Origin: Candidatus Latescibacterota bacterium | Lineage (GTDB): Bacteria > Latescibacterota > UBA2968 > UBA8231 | NCBI GenBank assembly: GCA_965248265.1 | Contig: CBDFJF010000002.1 | Location: 1,952,001-2,016,000 of the forward strand | Direction: 5' to 3' | DNA length: 64,000 bases | Part shown: positions 57,238-64,000 of the stretch, piece after piece | How positions within the stretch are numbered: the stretch's first letter is position 1 | How the letters are laid out: each line of letters begins with the position of its first letter | Made by a program: the position numbers and the translations under genes | Notes under the pieces: generated by a model | Database searches by the model: none | Told to the model about the DNA's origin: nothing | The model's input: only the letters and a program-made list of their open reading frames with translations

Positions 57238-58004
57238 GGAACGCGCGAGAACTCACGGTAGAACCGGGCCACCTCGGCGACTGTGATTTCCAGCATGGCG
57301 TTGCCGAGTTCAGATGTCGCTTCGGCCGGGTTGTCGGTGTGACCGGGTCCCTTCTGCCAGGTGCCATAGCTCTGGACGACGGCACCGGTGAGGTCGACGT
57401 CGAGACCGATGTCGGCGTTGGACACGTCGTCGACCTGCTGCCGCGCCGACTCGTCGACCCAGTCCGGCCGCAGGGCCATCACCATGGAGGTCTCGAACTG
57501 GCCGGCATGGCCGGGAATGCGAGAGGCCGGCAAGAGGTCCGCCTCCACCAGCGCGTCGCGGCACAAGTCCCAGTAGTTGCAGCTGGCGGCCACGATCGGC
57601 AACCCCATCCGATTGACGGCATCCTGGCCGACAACTCCGATGTGGTCTGAGTTACCGCCGTGTCCGTTGAGGATGACGACTTTGCGGAAACCACTGCGTG
57701 ACAGGCCGGCGACCACCTCGGCGACGACCTCTATGAAGGTAGCGCTGGTAAGGGTCAGGACCCCGCCGAAGGGCTTGTGGTGGAAGGAGCTGCCGAGGGC
57801 CAGCGGCGGTGCGATGACGACGGGCACCTGGTCGGCGGCCGCTTCAGCGGCGCGACGGGCGACGGTCGTACACAACAGGGTATCGGTGCCGACCGCCATG
57901 TGAGGCCCGTGTTGCTCGGTGGCTGCGGTCGGCAGGACGCCGATCGCCCGCGGGGCGATTTCCAGGATCTGCTCCCGGGTCATCTCTTCGAAAAGAACCG
58001 TCAT
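57219..58004 (-). CDS. Creatininase family amidohydrolase
   Basis: TEQHGPH, NGHGGN, HAGQFETS motifs. Confidence 0.93.
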   Translation of the reverse strand: MTVLFEEMTREQILEIAPRAIGVLPTAATEQHGPHMAVGTDTLLCTTVARRAAEAAADQVPVVIAPPLALGSSFHHKPFGGVLTLTSATFIEVVAEVVAGLSRSGFRKVVILNGHGGNSDHIGVVGQDAVNRMGLPIVAASCNYWDLCRDALVEADLLPASRIPGHAGQFETSMVMALRPDWVDESARQQVDDVSNADIGLDVDLTGAVVQSYGTWQKGPGHTDNPAEATSELGNAMLEITVAEVARFYREFSRVPQSDFD

Positions 58005-58043
58005 GTCATTTCCCTGGTGAGTGTCTCATGTTGTTCAAGGTCG

Positions 58044-59627
58044 TCAGCTCCTGGGCGCGCCGCCAGCGCCGACATGGTCGATCGGTAACACGATCGTGAA
58101 GCGGGTGCCCCTGCCGACTTCGCTGTCGACGAGAGCCCGAGCACCATGATTCTCCAGAATGTTGAAACTCGTGGACAGACCCAATCCGGTGCCCACGCCA
58201 ACACCACGGGTGGTGAATCCGGGATCGAAGATTCGAGGCAAGTCTTCCGGAGGAATGCCCACACCCGTATCCGTGATCGTGACGTGAACTTGGTCGCCGT
58301 CAGTCCTGGTCTGTATGGTCACGGTGCCCGATTCCTCAATCGCCTGCATGGCATTCGTCAACACGTTCATGAAAACCTGGTTGAGCTGATTGGCAAAGCA
58401 GTTCACGTGAGGCAGGTTGCCGAACTCTTTGACGATCTCTATGCGGCTCTTCATTTCGTGTTGGAGCAGGGTCAAGGTGCTCTCCAGGCCCTCGTGGATG
58501 TCGGCCTTCTGAAACGCGGCCTCATCGAGACGGGCAAAGTTCTTCAGACTCTGAACGATGGTACCGATGCGCTCGCTGGCTGTGACGATTACGTCGGTAT
58601 TGCTCTTCAGCGACTGAAGCGCCCTCATCATCCTGGGCTCCTCTCTGATCTGTGAGGCCTCAGGGCTGGCATCGACGGTTTCCATGATCCGGTCGACGCA
58701 CAGAGAAGAGGTGTCGGCGGCACTGTGCAAGGCACCTATAGGATTGTTGATCTCGTGTGCAACGCCCGCAACCAGGTTGCCGAGGGATGCCATCTTCTCC
58801 TTCATGACGAGTTGTTGTTGGGCCTGGCGCAGCGACGCCGCCATCTGCTCGAAGGAGCGTGCGAGGCTGCCGATCTCGTCCTTGCTGTTGATGCCCAGCT
58901 GCACGTCGAGGTCGCCTTCGGCCACGGAGTGGGCAGCTCGCTCCAGTTGGCGAACGGGGACAGCTATGAGCCGGACCAGAGTAAACGCGATTATGGCAGA
59001 GAGAGCCAGTGTCGAGACTAGCAGGATGAGCGTAACGTTTCGCGCCTTGTTGAAGGTGCGCTCGGCGCGTTCGGCAGCCTCGATGGAATTGGTGTTGTTG
59101 ACACGGACCAGTTCCTGCAGATCCCTGCTGAAGTCTTCATACACTTCACGGGCCTCGCCATTGAGCAGGGCGACCGCGCCCTCGCTATCGTCGTCTGCCG
59201 ACAGGCTCAAGAAGGCGAAGGACAGATCGAGGTACTCCTCCCATTTGGGGTCGAACCCTTCCTCGTAGAGGCTCTTCTCCGTCTCGGAATACAATCCCTG
59301 AGCCTCGGACAACTGCTTCAGTCGCTCATAGGCATCCAGGTTCTCATCGACCCGGTCCAGCAGTTCAACGATCGTGGTCTGTTGTTGGTCTCTTTGCTCC
59401 GTGGCGAACGCCAGCTGCAGCTGATTGGCGCGCAGTTCGGAGGTAGTGAGGTTGATGTGGGACAGGGCGATGACGCGCGGCAACCAACTGGTCGAGACCG
59501 TGTTGATTTCGTCCTTCAGCTTCGCCATCCTGGCCAGGGAATAGATGTTGGCGCAGGTCATGATCAGGAGGACGAGGCCGAAACCGAGGATCTGCTTCGA
59601 GCCGAGGTTCAAATCCCGAAAAGCCAT
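58044..59627 (-). CDS. Membrane sensor histidine kinase (four-helix sensor, HAMP, HisKA, HATPase)
   Basis: Two TM helices, DEIGSLARSF HAMP, AHEINNP, DTGVGI, FTT..VG.GTGLGL. Confidence 0.93.
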   Translation of the reverse strand: MAFRDLNLGSKQILGFGLVLLIMTCANIYSLARMAKLKDEINTVSTSWLPRVIALSHINLTTSELRANQLQLAFATEQRDQQQTTIVELLDRVDENLDAYERLKQLSEAQGLYSETEKSLYEEGFDPKWEEYLDLSFAFLSLSADDDSEGAVALLNGEAREVYEDFSRDLQELVRVNNTNSIEAAERAERTFNKARNVTLILLVSTLALSAIIAFTLVRLIAVPVRQLERAAHSVAEGDLDVQLGINSKDEIGSLARSFEQMAASLRQAQQQLVMKEKMASLGNLVAGVAHEINNPIGALHSAADTSSLCVDRIMETVDASPEASQIREEPRMMRALQSLKSNTDVIVTASERIGTIVQSLKNFARLDEAAFQKADIHEGLESTLTLLQHEMKSRIEIVKEFGNLPHVNCFANQLNQVFMNVLTNAMQAIEESGTVTIQTRTDGDQVHVTITDTGVGIPPEDLPRIFDPGFTTRGVGVGTGLGLSTSFNILENHGARALVDSEVGRGTRFTIVLPIDHVGAGGAPRS

Positions 59628-59635
59628 GACCGGGA

Positions 59636-60064
59636 TCACTCACTTTCAGGTATCACGAGGAGCGTTTTGACATGGTCGGTTGACATCGCCCTGCTGACAA
59701 AACTCAACGCTCCGGGCGTTGAGGCCACTTTTTCGAGGATTTCGCTTTCCGATTTCAGCACTTCTGGCGGGTCGCCCTCGCCGGAAAGCATTTTCTTCAT
59801 CCAGATCGACTTCAAACGTGAAGGCCTCTTGCCGAGGAAATCATAGAACGTCTTCTTGGTCGTGTTCTTCGGCTTCAGGTCAATCAAAACGACCGCGGTC
59901 TCGTCGGGCCACCGGTTGCGATCACCGGTGTAGTAGTCGATCAGGTCCGCGCGGCTCAGCGTGTCCAGCGGTACGGTTGGATGCGCGATGACGGCAACTT
60001 CGAAGTCGGAGCCATACGCCTGGGCAGCCACGGCAAGGGCAGCCAGCGTGATCCATGTCCGCAT
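59636..60064 (-). CDS. Small periplasmic PstS/PBP-like protein
   Basis: Signal peptide, VAVIAHP, LSRADL.DYYTG...W, VASTPGALSFV. Confidence 0.8.
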   Translation of the reverse strand: MRTWITLAALAVAAQAYGSDFEVAVIAHPTVPLDTLSRADLIDYYTGDRNRWPDETAVVLIDLKPKNTTKKTFYDFLGKRPSRLKSIWMKKMLSGEGDPPEVLKSESEILEKVASTPGALSFVSRAMSTDHVKTLLVIPESE

Positions 60065-61242
60065 CAGAACACCGCCGAAATGGCTGCGGTATAGAAATTG
60101 AGGTCACTCTTGGTAGTCCCTTCTGTAGGAGGGGTTTCTCTCGAGCGCCCAACCGCGTACCCGACCTTGAGAGCAATGCCGTCGGTGAGATCGTAACGAA
60201 GGCCGGCATTGGGCACCTCAATCCTGCCCTTGCCCAGGGTGGTCAACTCGTCTTCCTCCACCCAGTAGCTGACGTAGGAAGAGAACTCTTCCGTCCATTG
60301 GTAACCAAAGGTGAGATAGTAGAATTCGAGTCTGATCAGAAAATCAGGAATATCATCATCATAGCGGACTCTGATGTACTCCGACTCGAAATGGTAGTCG
60401 CCGAAGTGACCGGACAAGTCCGTGCCCAATCGAATTCTGCGCACTTCCTTGAAATCCGCTGGATTGTGGCCCAGCGCCTCGGCGCCGGTCTGGAAGAGGT
60501 TGGTGTAATCGTGTGTTGCCGATACGCCGAATTTCAAATCCCGGTAGCGCAGACCGAGGCGGCCGCCGATCAGGAGGGTGGCGGTCGTGTCGACACCGCT
60601 CTGGCTGTTTTCATCGTCATCGAACACCCCCGTGATGTCGGCGTTGTCGTTGATATTGGGACTGTTCCCAAGGTATGCGGCGTAGTCGATCTTGACCTCG
60701 CCCTTGGGCACGGAACCGTAAGCCTGAACGAAGGCTCTTGTCGGTGTGAATTCATCGAGGAGGATGATCTCGTTAAAGGAGGATTCGTACACCAGGGGTC
60801 TGATGATGTAGGGAATTAGGGGTGTTTTGTTCTTGATCTCGTTGAAATGATTGAAAATCGGAATCTGCAAGCCGAGCTTGAGGCTGAAGGCCCTGTTCAT
60901 GCGGTATCGCACCCAGGCCTCCTCGAGGTTGAAGGCTCCCCAGCGCCGAAACGAAGAGTAGGAGTTCACCATCTCGAGATTGACGAACGAGGTCCAGCGC
61001 TCGCTGACCGGTTTCTGCAGAAAAATGTTCAGTTGTTGCGTGATGAAGGAGTTCAGGGACTCCCCCTGCTGCGAAGTCTGGTCAGGAAAACGAACCTTCT
61101 GGTCCACCTGCTGGAAAATGTTTTGTGAGTAGCCGAAAATTCGCAGTCGGTCGTCCTCGGCCGCGGTGGAGTTGGCAGTGGCGATGGTCAGCAACAGGGC
61201 GATGAGGGTCGCCGTCTGGCGTTTCGATACTCGATCTGACAT
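60064..61242 (-). CDS. Outer-membrane beta-barrel (porin-like) protein
   Basis: Signal peptide, LEEAWVRY, alternating beta-strands, terminal Phe (AISAVF). Confidence 0.82.
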   Translation of the reverse strand: MSDRVSKRQTATLIALLLTIATANSTAAEDDRLRIFGYSQNIFQQVDQKVRFPDQTSQQGESLNSFITQQLNIFLQKPVSERWTSFVNLEMVNSYSSFRRWGAFNLEEAWVRYRMNRAFSLKLGLQIPIFNHFNEIKNKTPLIPYIIRPLVYESSFNEIILLDEFTPTRAFVQAYGSVPKGEVKIDYAAYLGNSPNINDNADITGVFDDDENSQSGVDTTATLLIGGRLGLRYRDLKFGVSATHDYTNLFQTGAEALGHNPADFKEVRRIRLGTDLSGHFGDYHFESEYIRVRYDDDIPDFLIRLEFYYLTFGYQWTEEFSSYVSYWVEEDELTTLGKGRIEVPNAGLRYDLTDGIALKVGYAVGRSRETPPTEGTTKSDLNFYTAAISAVF

Positions 61243-61397
61243 GATTCTCCAAATCTGTGATGGTGCGATCAATATGCCTTCCCCGAGCATGTGCGGCAAG
61301 CACTCTGGCCTGAGAGAATCCCCGGGTTTCACGAGGTTCGTTTGGAGTGCGACCAGTAACTTCTTAGGATACTGGACTCCCATCGGGATCCGAATCT

Positions 61398-62426
61398 ATG
61401 CCCATTCTTCCGTTTTTCGTGCGCCGCGGTTGGTTGATGACGAGCCAGTGGCTGACCGATCGCGACCGACCTGATCTCGAACGACTGCGCAGTCTGACGA
61501 GTCCGGAACGATTCCTGTGGGCGATCCTGCCTCATGCAGCGCGTACCTTCGGTTCCTGCATTTTGTTGCTTCCCAGAGACAAGGCCTACGCGGCCGCGGT
61601 CGGTTATCTCTACTGCCGCACGCTGGATACCTACGAGGATCTCGCCGCTGATCCCGCACCATTGCTCCAGACGTTCGGCAACCGCTTCGACGCCAGACCG
61701 TTGCCGCCGCCGCCGCACCTCGTCGATCCTCAAGTACAGGACATTCGGGATCGTGCTCACCTGGTTCTCGTGGAGTGCCTGGATCGAGTGGATGCAGTAT
61801 TCGCGCGTCTGGAAAGAACCCACCAGGAGTCGATCGCCCGCTGTGTCAGCGACATGGCGATCGGAATGCAGCAGCGCCGCGCCGACGGCTCAGGGGATGT
61901 GTTGGCTTATTGCCGGGCTGTGATCGGACATCCCGTCGTCTTCGCGCTGGAGCTCCTGCTGGAGCGCCGTCTAGATACGGAGGAGCGCGCCAACGCAATG
62001 CGAGTAGGGGAGATGGTGCAGCTGGCGAATATCACGCGCGATATTGAGAAAGATCTGTCCCGCGGTGTCGTCTACGATACGCGGCTACAGGACTCGCAGG
62101 ACAGCGACACGGTCCGCGCCGTACGGGACGATCTGATGCGGATGGCGTTGGAGCGGATGCCGGCCTACGAGCATCTCATGAGTATGTTGGAACTGCCGCG
62201 GTTTCAACTGGGAAGAGCCTCGGCGCTGCTGATGTTGTTGTTCACCAACCGCTACTACGATGAGTGTGCCCGGCGTCTGGGATATGAAGGATGGGCGGCT
62301 GCGGAGTCGACGGCAGGACTGTTCGCGCGTGTGTTCCCGGCGGCTTTCTCGCACCGCTATGCCATGAGAGTGGCGGGAGGCGTTGAGCGGGCCCTGGACG
62401 GCTTCAGTCGAACGGTGGATGGTTGA
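61398..62426 (+). CDS. Squalene/phytoene synthase family protein
   Basis: ARTF, YLYCRTLDTYED and QLANITRDIEKD Asp-rich motifs; start may be 61437. Confidence 0.88.
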   Translation: MPILPFFVRRGWLMTSQWLTDRDRPDLERLRSLTSPERFLWAILPHAARTFGSCILLLPRDKAYAAAVGYLYCRTLDTYEDLAADPAPLLQTFGNRFDARPLPPPPHLVDPQVQDIRDRAHLVLVECLDRVDAVFARLERTHQESIARCVSDMAIGMQQRRADGSGDVLAYCRAVIGHPVVFALELLLERRLDTEERANAMRVGEMVQLANITRDIEKDLSRGVVYDTRLQDSQDSDTVRAVRDDLMRMALERMPAYEHLMSMLELPRFQLGRASALLMLLFTNRYYDECARRLGYEGWAAAESTAGLFARVFPAAFSHRYAMRVAGGVERALDGFSRTVDG

Positions 62427-62433
62427 GTGATGG

Positions 62434-63996
62434 TCAAGTGGTCGCCACGGCGACCATCTGTCTCACCTTATCCACACTGAACGGTTTTTGAAGATGGTGA
62501 TCGAAGGCCTGTAACCTGGGATCGTCATCCGGCAGGTGCCAACCCGTTATCAGGATCGTTGCCAGTGACGGGTAGCGCTGGCACAATTCCAGGGCAACCT
62601 TGTCACCCGCCACATCAGGCAGTCCGAGGTCGACGAAGGCCACATCGAGTGTAACTCCTGCAAACTTCTCCCCGATGGCTTCCCGGCCATCTCGAGCTCT
62701 GTACACCACGTGATCGCGTTGGAGGCAAGCGGTTATTACCTCCGCCACGTGATCGTCATCTTCAACAACCAGTATGTTGCTGCGCCGGGTAACGGCCGAC
62801 GAAGGAGGCTCAGCTTCTTCTTGTTGGGGAATCGCGCCTCTCCATGCGGGCAGCACGATCGTGAAGACGGCCCCTTTGCCTGGAGCGCTCTGCACATCGA
62901 TGCTACCCTCCCAGCGGGTTACCGTGCCGTAAATGGTCGACAACCCCAATCCGGTGCCCACGTCCATCTTGGTCGTAAAGAACGGTTCGAACAGACGCCG
63001 ACGAGTGGCCTCGTCCATGCCGACTCCGGTGTCCTGGACAACCAGCTGAACAGCGTCGCTGTCGTCGGACGCAGTGCGAATCGTGATTGTGCCTCCGTCA
63101 GGCATGGCATCGACGGCGTTCAACAGCAGGTTGGTGAGAATCTCATTCATTCCGTTGACAGTACCGCTGACGTGCGGCACCGCTTCCAGTTCCATGACCA
63201 CTTCAATTGCGATGCCAGCAAATGCGGTTTCGTCCTGCCACCTGGGCCTGGTTGTGTGGACGGTTTCGCGAACAATTTCGTTGAGATCGACGGGCTCTTG
63301 AGGTTGTTCGCCTTCCATGCGCACGGCGCGATGAAGACGTTTGACGAGGTCGCTGGCCCTGACCGTGCTGGCGACGATCTCATCGATGCTGGAAGCGATT
63401 GCCTGGTCCTTGTTTTCCTCCTGCAGCAGGGTGGCGTACCCAAGAACCACGCTCAGCATGTTGTTGAGGTTGTGGCTGACGCCAGCGGACATTTCGCCAA
63501 GAGCGCGGAGTCGTTCCAGACGGACAAGCTCACCAGCGACCTTGTTGCGTTCCGTCATATCCTCCACCACGGCCTGCAGGTGAGGTATGTCCTGAATGGT
63601 CACCGGTCTCAGGCTCAATAGCGCATCGTAAGGCGTCCCGTCCTTGCGCTTGAACTTCACCTCCAGCTGTCGGACCGCCCCCTGCTCCTGAAGGAGTTGG
63701 AGCGCCCTGTTGCGTTCTTCGGGGTCGAAATAGAGCTCGGCGACTGTCTCGGTCGCTTCCATGTCCTCCGGAGTGTAACCGCCCGGCCTCAAGATCGCTT
63801 CATTGAAGGCGATGATCTTGCCGCTCATGTCCGTCACGCCCAGACCGACGGGAGCCGCCTCGAAGAGGACGCGGAATTTCTCCTCGCTCTCGCGCAATGC
63901 TCGCTCCGTGCGCTCGTGTCTCGCAACCAACTTGACCTGGATGAGGCCGAAGGCTATGAACAGCAAAAACAAGGCACCCCGGAAGTAGGCATCCAT
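62434..63996 (-). CDS. Hybrid sensor histidine kinase (TM, PAS, HisKA, HATPase, REC); may extend beyond the window
   Basis: PAS after ESEEKFR, SHNLNN H-box, FFTTK..GTGLGL, receiver ILVVEDD...VDLGLP...LQKP. Confidence 0.93.
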   Translation of the reverse strand: MDAYFRGALFLLFIAFGLIQVKLVARHERTERALRESEEKFRVLFEAAPVGLGVTDMSGKIIAFNEAILRPGGYTPEDMEATETVAELYFDPEERNRALQLLQEQGAVRQLEVKFKRKDGTPYDALLSLRPVTIQDIPHLQAVVEDMTERNKVAGELVRLERLRALGEMSAGVSHNLNNMLSVVLGYATLLQEENKDQAIASSIDEIVASTVRASDLVKRLHRAVRMEGEQPQEPVDLNEIVRETVHTTRPRWQDETAFAGIAIEVVMELEAVPHVSGTVNGMNEILTNLLLNAVDAMPDGGTITIRTASDDSDAVQLVVQDTGVGMDEATRRRLFEPFFTTKMDVGTGLGLSTIYGTVTRWEGSIDVQSAPGKGAVFTIVLPAWRGAIPQQEEAEPPSSAVTRRSNILVVEDDDHVAEVITACLQRDHVVYRARDGREAIGEKFAGVTLDVAFVDLGLPDVAGDKVALELCQRYPSLATILITGWHLPDDDPRLQAFDHHLQKPFSVDKVRQMVAVATT

Positions 63997-64000
63997 GGGT

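Overview
GC-rich bacterial chromosomal window with about 60 genes. The gene content (T9SS-type C-terminal sorting domain, DUF6785-type membrane protein, many Gfo/Idh/MocA, PhyH and beta-propeller hydrolase genes) suggests an FCB-group organism such as Candidatus Latescibacterota; this is inference. It holds catabolic/accessory enzymes, a YbbA/YbbP/TesA-like ABC system, two type II TA modules, a DUF1538x2-PII module and three sensor kinases. Two features stand out. (1) An integrase-less integron at 18.9-23.7 kb (minus strand): an attI-like 7-5-7 site, three ~120-bp attC-like sites with short 4/5-bp spacers, one half site, and four cassettes, two of which carry genes antisense to the array. (2) A window-wide pattern of short (35-195 bp) diverged direct copies of gene starts, gene ends or promoters bracketing blocks of accessory genes, at five loci, with no transposase or integrase in view. 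Several 1-nt or small frameshifts (GST, TesA, VapC, a membrane protein) may be real decay or assembly errors. No rRNA, tRNA or CRISPR array was seen.
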